Shown here one piece after another: positions 27,772 through 37,368 of a stretch of DNA of 64,000 bases. Location: positions 24,922 to 88,921 of the forward strand of contig UQYV01000005.1 of assembly GCA_900545245.1 (NCBI GenBank), written 5' to 3'. The position numbers and the translations under genes are program-made. Under the pieces are notes generated by a model. The model had not been told where the DNA came from. It worked only from the letters and a program-made list of their open reading frames with translations, and did not search any database. The first letter of the stretch is position 1, and every line of letters starts with the position of its first letter. The DNA comes from an uncultured Bacteroidales bacterium (lineage in GTDB: Bacteria; Bacteroidota; Bacteroidia; Bacteroidales; UBA932).

Positions 27772-29835
27772 ATGAGGAGTATGAATTTGACAATCCTATT
27801 CGTGTCCCTGCTCTCCTGTCTGACGCTTTCCTGCAGGCAGCCGGAAATCGCCGGAACAGACGATCCCGGGCAGCGCGAGCCATCCCCGCAGCCGGAGCTG
27901 ACGCTTGAGTCGCCGGACGGGCAGATTCAGGTGGAAATCACTGTCGGCAACGCCGTGTCCTACCGGATTTTCCGCAACGGGCAGGCTCTCACCGCAGATC
28001 TTACGCTCTCGATGACTCTCTCCGACGGGAGGGTCTGGGGACGCGGCTCTAAACTGACGGACACCCGGCTCAGTCATGTCTCGGAGAAAATCCGCTCGCC
28101 GTTCTACATCCGCAGCGAGGTTGACGACCGCTACAACGGCGCGGTGCACAGTTTCGCCGAAGGATTCGAGGTCGAGTTCCGTGCCTACGACGATGCCGTG
28201 GCCTACCGCTTCCGCAGCACGGGCGACGGGGATTTCACCGTGATGTCCGAGGAAATCGAATACCGTTTCCCTCGCTCGTTCACGATGACCGCCGCGCCGA
28301 GTCCGGGAGGCACAGGCTCGAAGTACGAGAATGCCTGCAACTGCTTCGAGAGCTATTATCAGAAGGATGTCCGAGACTTTCCTTCGGGGCGCATGGGACT
28401 TCTTCCCGTGCTCGTTGACATGGGCAGCCAGAAACTCTGCATTGCCGAGGCCGGTGTGCGCGGCTATCCCGCGATGTTCCTCACCAAGGGCAGCGGAAAC
28501 GCCCTTGACGGCTTCCAGACCCGTGTCGTGAAGGAAACCTCCCGCAATGAATACACCGTCAAGGTTCCGAAATCGTGGGAGAACTACATAGCGAAATGCC
28601 ACGGTGCAATGGACTTTCCGTGGAGAATATGCATGGTCATCGACAGCGACGCGCAGCTTCTTGACAACGACGTCATCTACCGTCTTGCCGAACCTTGCAA
28701 ACTTGCTGACATCTCGTGGATTAAGGGCGGAATGAGCACTTGGGACTGGGAGACGTCGTTCACTCTCGACGGCGTGGATTTCAACTCCGGAAGAAACGTC
28801 GAGACATATAAATATCATGTCGATTACGCCGTGAAGACGGGCATTCCGTACATCACGATCGACGCGGGTTGCATCCCGACGAACGGCAGCTCGTATTCCT
28901 ACGCCCCTTATCTCGTTCCGACGCTCTCGTATGCGAATGAAAAGGGGATAGGCGTGTGGGTGTGGATGGAGGCCGCATGGTTCTCCGATGTGCTCCTCTC
29001 CGGCAACACCGGGCGTTTCGAGACCCTTTTCCGCGACCTCGCGTCAATCGGAGTCAAGGGAATCAAGATTGACTTCTTCGAGAGAAACGACCAGGAATAC
29101 ATCGACCTCCAGTGGAAGATTGCCGAGGAGGCCGCGAAGAACCACCTGATGCTCAACTACCACAGCAGCCCGATTCCTCACGGAATGAACAGGACTTATC
29201 CGAACGTCGTGAGCTACGAGGCGGTGCGCGGACTTGAGCACATGAAATACGGAAACTATGATGTCGTCGCCGGGGCAGGCCCTGCCGATCAGGTGACCTA
29301 CGACGTGACTTTCCCGTTCCTCCGCGGAATGACCGGCCCGGTCGATTACACTCCGGGACTGATGCGCAACGCCTTCCTTGACCGGTGGAGCGCGAGCGAC
29401 CCGCGTCCGATGTCGATTGGCACGCGATGCCGCCAGCTCGCGGCCTTCGTTCTCTTCTTTTCGCCCGTGGGTACTATGGCCGACAACATCACGACCTACG
29501 AGAAGAACGCAGAATGCGCAAAGTTCATCGCTTCCGTTCCGACAGTCTGGGACGAGACCGTTCCGGTGAAGGCGAGCCTCGGCGAGTACATCGTCCTTGC
29601 CCGCCGCAGCGGTGACGACTGGTTCGTTGCAGGAATGACCGACTGGACAGCAAGGAGCATGACCATCGACCTTCCGTTCCTTGACGGAGGCGACTGGGAA
29701 GCCGAGGTCTTCGAGGACAGCGCCGGCGCCGCCACTTCATACCGCAGGTCGGTCAAGACCGTTGACGGCGCAAGAATGCTTAACGTGAAGATGCAGGGCG
29801 GGGGAGGCTTCGCCGCGCATCTTCGCAGAAAATAG
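27772..29835 (+). CDS. Glycoside hydrolase family 97 (alpha-glucosidase/alpha-galactosidase-like)
   Basis: The PWRICMVIDSD...CKLADISWIKGG linker resembles the SusB N-domain to catalytic-domain linker, and there is a GVKGIKIDFFE motif. Lipoprotein-type signal. Confidence 0.65.
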   Translation: MRSMNLTILFVSLLSCLTLSCRQPEIAGTDDPGQREPSPQPELTLESPDGQIQVEITVGNAVSYRIFRNGQALTADLTLSMTLSDGRVWGRGSKLTDTRLSHVSEKIRSPFYIRSEVDDRYNGAVHSFAEGFEVEFRAYDDAVAYRFRSTGDGDFTVMSEEIEYRFPRSFTMTAAPSPGGTGSKYENACNCFESYYQKDVRDFPSGRMGLLPVLVDMGSQKLCIAEAGVRGYPAMFLTKGSGNALDGFQTRVVKETSRNEYTVKVPKSWENYIAKCHGAMDFPWRICMVIDSDAQLLDNDVIYRLAEPCKLADISWIKGGMSTWDWETSFTLDGVDFNSGRNVETYKYHVDYAVKTGIPYITIDAGCIPTNGSSYSYAPYLVPTLSYANEKGIGVWVWMEAAWFSDVLLSGNTGRFETLFRDLASIGVKGIKIDFFERNDQEYIDLQWKIAEEAAKNHLMLNYHSSPIPHGMNRTYPNVVSYEAVRGLEHMKYGNYDVVAGAGPADQVTYDVTFPFLRGMTGPVDYTPGLMRNAFLDRWSASDPRPMSIGTRCRQLAAFVLFFSPVGTMADNITTYEKNAECAKFIASVPTVWDETVPVKASLGEYIVLARRSGDDWFVAGMTDWTARSMTIDLPFLDGGDWEAEVFEDSAGAATSYRRSVKTVDGARMLNVKMQGGGGFAAHLRRK

Positions 29836-29865
29836 AAAAATCATTTAATAAATTTAGTTAACTTT

Positions 29866-31380
29866 ATGAACCACAAATTTTTAACAATCGCAATGGCGTT
29901 CGCGGCTGTGGCTGCGGCCTCTTGCAACAAGGACAATCAGCCGGCAGGACCGGAGACCATTTCAGGCGACTTCTCGGTGAAGGCAACCATAACTGACGCT
30001 TCATGGGCGGAGAACGCCTCTATCGCGCTTTACCACTCGGCAGGCGACGCGCTCGTTTCAGACGGCGAGTTCAAGCTTTCCGGCGACGTGTTCAAGGGAA
30101 GCCTCGCCGAGGCAGTCGAGGACGGCAAGGAGTACGAGTGGATTGCCGTAAGTCCCTATGCCACGGGTGCTGAACTTTCGGCATATCCCGTTGAACTCGA
30201 CGGGACGACCGCTCCTCTTTTCGGAAAGGTGACGGCCGCTGCTTCAAAGACAGCCGCTCCTGAAATCGCTATGACTTCTCTTGCGGCTTTCGCGAAGGTT
30301 AATGTCAAGAATTCGACTACGGCTGCGATTGAAGTCTCATCTGCGTCTATCACTGCTCCTGAGTCAGAGAAAATCGCAGGAAAGTTCACGGTTGACCTTA
30401 CGGCTGCGGCGCCTGCGCTCAAGGCTGTGGAGGCTTCCAATGTCGCGGCATATACCGGGAATGTTGAAGTCAAGGCCGGTGAAACTGCCGAGATTGTATT
30501 TGCTGTCGCACCGGTGACTTTCGCCGCCGGAACTGAGCTTACGCTCAAGGTCGGTGAGAACGAGCACAAAGTCGCTCTTGAGGCCGAAACTGTCCTTGCC
30601 GCCGGCAAAGTGACTGAACTCGCGACAGTTGAGGAAAAACCTGTCGAGGTTTATCTCTGCGGTGACGCATTCGTCTGCGGATGGGATTTCTCCGATGAGT
30701 GCAGGCTCACTCCGAGCGAGTCCAATCCGAAGATTCTCAGCTGGACCGGCGATGTGGCCGGAAACAAGCAGTTCTTCGCTTCATTCGTAAAGTCTTGGGA
30801 CGGCACTTTCATAACTCCGGAAATCACAGGCCAGGAGAATGAGGACGCATATTATATCGTCAAGACGGAAATGGAAGGAAACCTCGTCTTTGACAGAACG
30901 GCGGAGACCAAGAAGCATTGGAAATTCGAGGTCGGCGGAAACTACACATTCACAGTAAACCTCGAAACGAACACATTCTCCATAAAGATGAACTCATGTG
31001 CCGCATACGAGGCAATTCCAGCTCCGTCAAAGGCCTCTCTCCGCGGCGAGGCGTCAGGCTCTTGGGACGAGCACGAAGGCTACATCATGACGCAGTCTTC
31101 CACGGACGCGAATGTGTTCACATGGGAAGGCAATCTTGTCACAGGAAAGGGCGGCGACGGCAAATTGTTCGCGCTTTGCGTGGTCTGCACGGGCTCTGAC
31201 GGCGACCACTGGTGCCAGACATTCGGCGAGGTCGGTCAGGCATTCGTTCCGGAGACCGGTTCACTTTCCGGCTACCTCTACAGCAAGACCGGAGGAGATG
31301 TGTTCCGCATTCAGAAGGACGGTACCTACAGCATCGTCTTCAACGCCGCGACGCGGCAGATAAGCATCACTGCGAAATAG
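29866..31380 (+). CDS. SusE/SusF-like surface glycan-binding lipoprotein (putative)
   Basis: Lipoprotein signal (AAASC), an Ala-rich beta-sandwich-like N-region and a C-terminal region with aromatic carbohydrate-binding-like features. Confidence 0.4.
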   Translation: MNHKFLTIAMAFAAVAAASCNKDNQPAGPETISGDFSVKATITDASWAENASIALYHSAGDALVSDGEFKLSGDVFKGSLAEAVEDGKEYEWIAVSPYATGAELSAYPVELDGTTAPLFGKVTAAASKTAAPEIAMTSLAAFAKVNVKNSTTAAIEVSSASITAPESEKIAGKFTVDLTAAAPALKAVEASNVAAYTGNVEVKAGETAEIVFAVAPVTFAAGTELTLKVGENEHKVALEAETVLAAGKVTELATVEEKPVEVYLCGDAFVCGWDFSDECRLTPSESNPKILSWTGDVAGNKQFFASFVKSWDGTFITPEITGQENEDAYYIVKTEMEGNLVFDRTAETKKHWKFEVGGNYTFTVNLETNTFSIKMNSCAAYEAIPAPSKASLRGEASGSWDEHEGYIMTQSSTDANVFTWEGNLVTGKGGDGKLFALCVVCTGSDGDHWCQTFGEVGQAFVPETGSLSGYLYSKTGGDVFRIQKDGTYSIVFNAATRQISITAK

Positions 31381-31398
31381 TTTAACGTTTATTCAGAA

Positions 31399-31441
31399 GG
31401 CCGGTGTCGCGGGTGTGAAACTCCGCTGCACCGGTCTTTTT
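31399..31441 (+). terminator. Imperfect GC-rich hairpin followed by a T5 run; an intra-PUL terminator or attenuator
   Basis: GGCCGGTGTCGCGG...CCGCTGCACCGGTC then TTTTT. Because of it, the upstream alternative start at 31415 for the next gene is unlikely. Confidence 0.35.
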
Positions 31442-31459
31442 GAAATTTCTTATTCTGTT

Positions 31460-32509
31460 ATGTGTAAATTTTTCGGCCGATTTTCGCTCTCCGCTTTTAT
31501 CGGAGTTCTATTATTCCCGCTGTCCGTAGGATGTTCGTCAGCACATGATGCTCCGGCGGCGGAAGAAACTCCTGTTTCCTACAATGTGCTCTGCCTCGGA
31601 AATTCCATCACTCGTCACGAGTATGCCGCGAGCGTCGAGTGGTACTCCGACTGGGGTATGGCCGCCTCAAAACCAGAGAATGACTACTGTCATGTGCTGG
31701 AATCGCTTCTTAACGGGAAATATCCCGGCTCGACCGTGACCCCTCTTAACATCGCCGCATGGGAGCGCAGTCTTTCCGATGACATCGACGGCTTCATCGG
31801 GGAATATGTCAGGGATAGGGACATAATTGTTGTCCGTCTCGGTGAAAATGTCACCGCCGAGCGGGCCTTTGCGCCTGCTCTTCAGAAACTTGTCAGTTAT
31901 TGCGTGGCTCATGCGAAGTATGTCCTTATCACCGGAACTTTCTGGAAATCGGAGATTAAGGAGGCGGCAATCGTTGAGACCGCCCGTCTCTACGACATTC
32001 CGTATTACCCGATTTCGCAGCTCGATGTTCCCGAAAACCACCCGAAGGTAGGGGACACGTTTCAGGACATAAATGGCGGGACATATCAGATTTCAAAGGA
32101 TTTCATCATCACGCACCCGAACGACAAGGGAATGCATGAGATTGCTGAAATCATTTACGTCGGCATAGAAGAACTCGTCGGCGGCAGAATCGGCGCGAGG
32201 GACATTGCGACGCGCAGGCATATTTCCGAAAAGATGCCGATGTCAACCCGCACGCGCACGGTGGATTCCCTGCCTCATCTCGGTCTTCCGTCTCCGTTCA
32301 GCGTACCGCAGGCCCAGGGCACTACATTCATGGATTTGTTTTATTGGGACACATATTTCACGAACCTCGGACTTCTGAGCCTCGGGGACATTCAGCAGGC
32401 GAAGAACAATGTCGATGATATTCTCTATCTTATTGATAAATATGGGTATATGCCCAATGCCGCGAACACGGGACTTCTGAACCGCCTCAGCCGCCTTATG
32501 CGAGTATGA
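31460..32509 (+). CDS. N-terminal fragment of a secreted SGNH/GDSL-hydrolase-like domain fused to a GH37 trehalase, interrupted by a frameshift
   Basis: Lipoprotein signal, a GDSL-type motif (LCLGNSITRH), then trehalase signature 1 (GTTFMDLFYWDTYF) and PNAANTGLLNR. The frame ends LSRLMRV* where a trehalase would continue NRSQPP. Confidence 0.6.
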   Translation: MCKFFGRFSLSAFIGVLLFPLSVGCSSAHDAPAAEETPVSYNVLCLGNSITRHEYAASVEWYSDWGMAASKPENDYCHVLESLLNGKYPGSTVTPLNIAAWERSLSDDIDGFIGEYVRDRDIIVVRLGENVTAERAFAPALQKLVSYCVAHAKYVLITGTFWKSEIKEAAIVETARLYDIPYYPISQLDVPENHPKVGDTFQDINGGTYQISKDFIITHPNDKGMHEIAEIIYVGIEELVGGRIGARDIATRRHISEKMPMSTRTRTVDSLPHLGLPSPFSVPQAQGTTFMDLFYWDTYFTNLGLLSLGDIQQAKNNVDDILYLIDKYGYMPNAANTGLLNRLSRLMRV

Positions 32510-33432
32510 TGGTGCGCGACGTCTATGAACGGACGGACGACAGGGGGTGGCTGCGCGGTGCTGTGGAGACTCTGAAGAAGGAATATGACTTCTGGATGAC
32601 GGAACGCGTCACTCCGAGCGGGCTGAACCGGCACTTCAACAGCGCGACGAGGACGGAACTGCTTGAATTTTACGGCTATCTCTGTTCCGAGCGTTTCCCG
32701 GAGATGGATGTTCCGCGGTCTGACGACGAGAAGGTGCGGATTGCCTCGAACTTCCTTTCTGAGGCGGAGACCGGCTGGGACTTCACACCGCGCTTCGGGG
32801 GCTGCGAGGAGGACTGCAATCCGGTGGATCTGAATGCAAACCTCTATGTCTATGAGAAGAATTTCGCGTGGTTTTGCAGGGAATTGGGGCTGAAAGGCGC
32901 GAAGGCATGGGAAAAGAAGGCGGAGAAGCGTCGCAGGCTGATTCAGAAATACTGCTTTGAGCCGGGCGACGGACTCTTTTACGACTACAACTACGTCACC
33001 GGACGGCGCAGCGACATCTTCAGCTCTGCCGTCTTCAATCTTCTCTGGGCGGGCATTCCGACAGAGGAGCAGGCCGCGTCTCTCGTGAAGAACCTCGGAA
33101 GGCTGGAATGTGCCAACGGGGTTGCCGCGTGCGAGGACGGTGAGCGCAATGCCGTCTATCAGTGGGACTATCCCAATGCCTGGGCGAGTTTCAACACTCT
33201 GGCGGTCGTCGGGCTTGATAAATATGGCTATAAGGCTGATGCCGCGAGACTTGCGGAGAAATATCTCAACTCAGTAAGTTCCATATATGGCAAGACCGGA
33301 CAGCTATGGGAAAAGTACAACGCCGTCACCGGAGACACCGACGTCAGGGATGAATACGCCATGCCCGGCGACTTCATGGGCTGGACCGCCGGCGCTTTCC
33401 TCGTCTGCTTCGACTATCTGTCAAAAAACTAA
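32506..33432 (+). CDS. C-terminal fragment of the GH37 trehalase. Its frame is open from about 32464 and reads ...EPPQPPYASMMVRD there.
   Basis: Trehalase signature 2 (QWDYPNAWA) and ETGWDFTPRF. A −1 frameshift near 32481-32490 separates it from the upstream fragment. Confidence 0.6.
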   Translation: MMVRDVYERTDDRGWLRGAVETLKKEYDFWMTERVTPSGLNRHFNSATRTELLEFYGYLCSERFPEMDVPRSDDEKVRIASNFLSEAETGWDFTPRFGGCEEDCNPVDLNANLYVYEKNFAWFCRELGLKGAKAWEKKAEKRRRLIQKYCFEPGDGLFYDYNYVTGRRSDIFSSAVFNLLWAGIPTEEQAASLVKNLGRLECANGVAACEDGERNAVYQWDYPNAWASFNTLAVVGLDKYGYKADAARLAEKYLNSVSSIYGKTGQLWEKYNAVTGDTDVRDEYAMPGDFMGWTAGAFLVCFDYLSKN

Positions 33433-33475
33433 AATCTTAAATCAAATAGTGCCGTTCTTTGCGGAATTATATTCC

Positions 33476-33483
33476 TACATTTG
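33476..33483 (+). promoter_or_regulatory. Internal -7 promoter box TACATTTG upstream of the GH78-like gene
   Basis: TAnnTTTG match 38 bp upstream of the ATG at 33521. Confidence 0.25.
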
Positions 33484-33520
33484 TAATGATTAGACATCTG
33501 ATTCAACACTAAAGTTCTCT

Positions 33521-35287
33521 ATGACAAAATTCCAAACATTTCTTGTCACGATAACCATTCTGCTCTGCGGAATAGGAATCCTTGACGCGCAGGAGCGCGA
33601 CGTGCGCGTCAGAACCTACATCTCGCCGGCCCGTGTTGTCTGGCAGAGCGGTGAGGGCGTGCAGCTTGCCGACGTGCTTCTGAAAGAGGGCAACGGGCAG
33701 CCCTACTGCAACAACGACACTCCGACATCCTACTGCATCCTCTCTTCGGAGAACGGTGCCGCCCCCGGAGTGCTGCTCGACTACGGGAAGGAACTGCACG
33801 GCGGGCTTCAGATTGTGACGGGGTGGTTCCCGGGCGGTCCGGTCAAGGTTCGTGTCCGCTACGGAGAGTCGGCGTCCGAGGCCATGTCCGATGTCGGCGG
33901 CAAGGGTGGGGCGACGAACGACCACGCCATGCGCGACCAGACAGTCTCGCTTCCGATGATGGGCGCGGTGGAAATCGGCAATTCCGGCTACCGTTTCGTG
34001 CGGATTGACCTCGCCGAGCCGGACAGGACAGTGAAGCTCAAGGAGGTGCGGGCAATCTCCATAATGCGTGACCTTGAATATGCCGGCTCGTTCCGTTGCA
34101 GCGATGAGCGTCTGAACCGTATCTGGGAGACAGGAGCCTACACCGTGCATCTTTGCATGCAGAACTTCCTCATCGAGGGCATAAAGCGTGACCGTCTCGT
34201 GTGGATGGGCGATTCCTACCCGGAGGTGATGACTGTGGCGACGGTATTCGGCGGCAACGAGGTCGTCCCCAAGACCCTCGACTGGATGCGCGACGTGACC
34301 CCTCTGCCGAATTGGATGAACGGCGAGTTCTCCTCCTATTCAATCTGGTGGATGCTCTGCCATCAGGCGTGGTTCCGTCACACCGGGAACAGGGAATATC
34401 TTCTTGAGTCGAAGGGATATATCTCCGGACTTCTCCGTCAGCTCATCGGATGCATAGGCCCGGACGGCCGCGAACGTCTCGACGGAATGCGCTTCCTCGA
34501 CTGGCCTTCGCAGGAGAATGAACTGGCCAAGAATGCCGGACTTCAGGCCCTGATGGTGTGGGCCATGCAGGCAGGGCAGGAATTTGCCGGAATCTTCGAC
34601 GATGCCGCGCTTGCAGCCGAGTGCGCGGATGCGGAGAGACGGCTGTCGAAGGCCGCTCCGAAAATCTATAAGGAGTTTCTTAAGTCAGGTGTCGCTCCCG
34701 ACGCTCCCGGCTCTAAGCAGGCGGCGGCTCTTATGACCCTTGCCGGGGTGACGGACGCGAGGAAGGCCGACCGCGACATCCTGAACTTTAACGGCGGGCA
34801 CGGCTTCTCCACATTCTACGGCTATCTGATGCTTGAGGCGATGGCCCGGGCGGAGGACTGGCAGGGCGCTCTCGACATCATCCGCAGCTACTGGGGCGCG
34901 ATGCTCGACCTCGGGGCGACGACGTTCTGGGAGGATTTCAACCTCGACTGGCTTCCGAACGCCGCCGGCATTGACAATCTTGTGCCGGAGGGTATGAAGG
35001 ACATCCACGGCGATTTCGGTGCCTACTGCTATGTCGGATTCCGTCACAGCCTCTGCCACGGCTGGGCATCCGGCCCGACAGCGTGGCTCAGCCATCATGT
35101 CCTCGGAGTGGAGATTCTTGAACCGGGGTGTTCAAAGGTCCGCATAACCCCGCATCTCGGCGACCTCGAATGGGCGGAAGGCACGTTCCCGACACCGCAC
35201 GGCTCCATTCACGTTCGTCACGAAAAACAGGCCGACGGCAGCATACATACGGATGTCACTGTTCCGGAAGGAGTGGAACTGAGGTGA
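33521..35287 (+). CDS. Six-hairpin glycoside hydrolase, alpha-L-rhamnosidase (GH78)-like
   Basis: Signal peptide; the KRDRLVWMGD motif resembles the GH78 catalytic (alpha/alpha)6 motif RERLGWTGD, and a C-terminal CHGWASGP is present. It is shorter than typical GH78 enzymes. Confidence 0.45.
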   Translation: MTKFQTFLVTITILLCGIGILDAQERDVRVRTYISPARVVWQSGEGVQLADVLLKEGNGQPYCNNDTPTSYCILSSENGAAPGVLLDYGKELHGGLQIVTGWFPGGPVKVRVRYGESASEAMSDVGGKGGATNDHAMRDQTVSLPMMGAVEIGNSGYRFVRIDLAEPDRTVKLKEVRAISIMRDLEYAGSFRCSDERLNRIWETGAYTVHLCMQNFLIEGIKRDRLVWMGDSYPEVMTVATVFGGNEVVPKTLDWMRDVTPLPNWMNGEFSSYSIWWMLCHQAWFRHTGNREYLLESKGYISGLLRQLIGCIGPDGRERLDGMRFLDWPSQENELAKNAGLQALMVWAMQAGQEFAGIFDDAALAAECADAERRLSKAAPKIYKEFLKSGVAPDAPGSKQAAALMTLAGVTDARKADRDILNFNGGHGFSTFYGYLMLEAMARAEDWQGALDIIRSYWGAMLDLGATTFWEDFNLDWLPNAAGIDNLVPEGMKDIHGDFGAYCYVGFRHSLCHGWASGPTAWLSHHVLGVEILEPGCSKVRITPHLGDLEWAEGTFPTPHGSIHVRHEKQADGSIHTDVTVPEGVELR

Positions 35288-35380
35288 GCATATCCTTGGA
35301 AACCTGTCTTTGAAAATAAGGGACAAATTCTGAAGCAGTTTATTTTTTTATGATTCTAAATCAATTTGTTACGAAATATC

Positions 35381-37312
35381 ATGGCACATAAATATATCCT
35401 TTTTCTGATGAGTCTTTCCGCGCTGGGTTTCGGATGCGGAGTGTGTTTCGCGGGGAACGGCAGAATGTCGAAGAATGCCGGGAATATGGAAGTGAAATCC
35501 GTGAAGGTCGGCGGATATGTCGGCGTGAGGATTGACGACTGTTTCCGTCATCGAGTGATGGAGCAGGATGTCGATGAGATTGTCGAGCCGTTCCGTCACA
35601 GGGTCGAAAGCTGGAAATGGAACAGCGAATTCTGGGGAAAATGGACGCTCGGTGCAATAGGCGCATATCGCTATACGGGAGATTCCGCACTTTACGACAA
35701 AATCGCGAAATCGGTCGATGACATCATCGCGACGCAGACTCCTGACGGCTACATCGGGAACTATGCCCCGGAATTTCAGACGAAAAAATGGGATATATGG
35801 GGACGGAAATACACGATGCTCGGACTCCTGAGCTGGTATGAACTCACGGGCGACCGCAGGGCACTTGAGGCGGCTGCAGGTGTTGCAGACCACCTTCTTT
35901 CACAGATTGGGCCGGGCAAGGCCGACATTGTTTTGACTGGAGACTACCGCGGAATGCCGAGCTCGACGGTGCTTGAGCCAATCATGAGTCTCTACAACAA
36001 GACCGGCGAACGGCGCTATCTTGACTTCGCGTCATACATCGTCGCGCAGTGGGAAACTCCGGAAGGCCCGCAGCTCATCAGCAGGGCCGACGTCCCGGTT
36101 GCCATGCGTTTCCCGCATCCGGACAGCTGGTTCTCATACGAGAACGGTCAGAAGGCCTACGAGATGATGTCCTGTTACGAGGGGCTGCTTGAGTATTATA
36201 AGGTTACGGAAAACAAGGCCGACTATGACGCCGTCCTGAAGACGTATTCGCACATCCTCGCGGAGGAAATCAATGTCGCCGGTTCGGGGAGTGCGGTCGA
36301 GTGCTGGTACGGCGGCAGGGCTCTCCAGACAGTCCCGACCTATCACACGATGGAGACCTGCGTGAGCTTCACGTGGATGCAGTTCTGCAGCCGGCTTCTC
36401 GCGCTGACGGGAGACTCGCGCTATGCCGACAACATCGAGCGCACTTTCTACAACGCCATTCTCGGCGCGCTGAAGGACGACGGCTGCCAGATTGCCAAAT
36501 ACACCCCGCTTGAGGGCTGGCGCGTCGAGGGCGAGAGGCAGTGCGGACTGAACATCAACTGCTGCAACGCCAACGGCCCGCGTGCATTTGCCATGATTCC
36601 CGCCCTTGCCTACCGCGCCGACGGAGACTGCCTCACGGTCAATTTCTACGGTGAATCCGAGGCTGATGTCCGTCTTGGCAAGCGCAGCTCGCTTAGGGTT
36701 GTTCAGACCGGCGGCTATCCCGTGTCTGGCGACGTTGCCGTTGAACTGTCTCCGTCAAAGCCCGCAGACTTCACGGTCGCCCTGCGCATTCCTGAATGGA
36801 GCCGCAACGCGAAGGCACGGATAATCAGCGGCACCGATACGCTCGCTGTCAGTCTCGGCTCGCTCGCCGCTGGAGAGTATGCAAGGATTTCCCGCAGATG
36901 GAAGGCCGGTGACAGGGTGGAGCTTTCCCTTGACATGACGGCCCGCGTCGTGGAGCGGAACGGCTGCCAGGCCATTGTCCGCGGCCCGCTCGTGCTTGCG
37001 AGGGATTCCCGTTTCAATGACGGTTTCGTGGATGAGGGTGTCGTGATTCAGACCGCCTCCGACGGCTCTGTTGAACTTACCCCGGTCGTAGGCGACGGCT
37101 TCGCGTGGATGGCGTTCACCGCTCCGATGGTTGTCGGCACCGACCTCGAAAACAACGGGAAGCCGCGTCAGGTTCACCTCTGCGACTTCGCCTCCGCCGG
37201 CAACACCTGGGACAAGTCCGTGCGCTACCGCGTCTGGCTTCCTAAGACCCTCAATGTCATGCGCGGCGAGTACCGGGCATACAACGACGGACCCGCAGAC
37301 TCGGCTCTCTAA
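35381..37312 (+). CDS. GH127/GH146-family (DUF1680) beta-L-arabinofuranosidase-like glycoside hydrolase
   Basis: Signal peptide. A Cys cluster (NCCNANGPRAF) resembles the Zn-binding Cys site of GH127, and ETCVSFTWMQF...GDSRYADNIERTFYNA resembles the GH127 core. Confidence 0.55.
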   Translation: MAHKYILFLMSLSALGFGCGVCFAGNGRMSKNAGNMEVKSVKVGGYVGVRIDDCFRHRVMEQDVDEIVEPFRHRVESWKWNSEFWGKWTLGAIGAYRYTGDSALYDKIAKSVDDIIATQTPDGYIGNYAPEFQTKKWDIWGRKYTMLGLLSWYELTGDRRALEAAAGVADHLLSQIGPGKADIVLTGDYRGMPSSTVLEPIMSLYNKTGERRYLDFASYIVAQWETPEGPQLISRADVPVAMRFPHPDSWFSYENGQKAYEMMSCYEGLLEYYKVTENKADYDAVLKTYSHILAEEINVAGSGSAVECWYGGRALQTVPTYHTMETCVSFTWMQFCSRLLALTGDSRYADNIERTFYNAILGALKDDGCQIAKYTPLEGWRVEGERQCGLNINCCNANGPRAFAMIPALAYRADGDCLTVNFYGESEADVRLGKRSSLRVVQTGGYPVSGDVAVELSPSKPADFTVALRIPEWSRNAKARIISGTDTLAVSLGSLAAGEYARISRRWKAGDRVELSLDMTARVVERNGCQAIVRGPLVLARDSRFNDGFVDEGVVIQTASDGSVELTPVVGDGFAWMAFTAPMVVGTDLENNGKPRQVHLCDFASAGNTWDKSVRYRVWLPKTLNVMRGEYRAYNDGPADSAL

Positions 37313-37368
37313 CCATTGCCCGTGCCATAGTCATCGCGCGGGCGACCGGGGCTGCTGTCCTTCGCCTC

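Noticed and set aside
32470-32500. Programmed ribosomal frameshift in the trehalase gene
   Set aside because: There is no slippery heptamer and no downstream stimulatory structure. A mutation or sequencing error in a C/G-rich stretch is more parsimonious.
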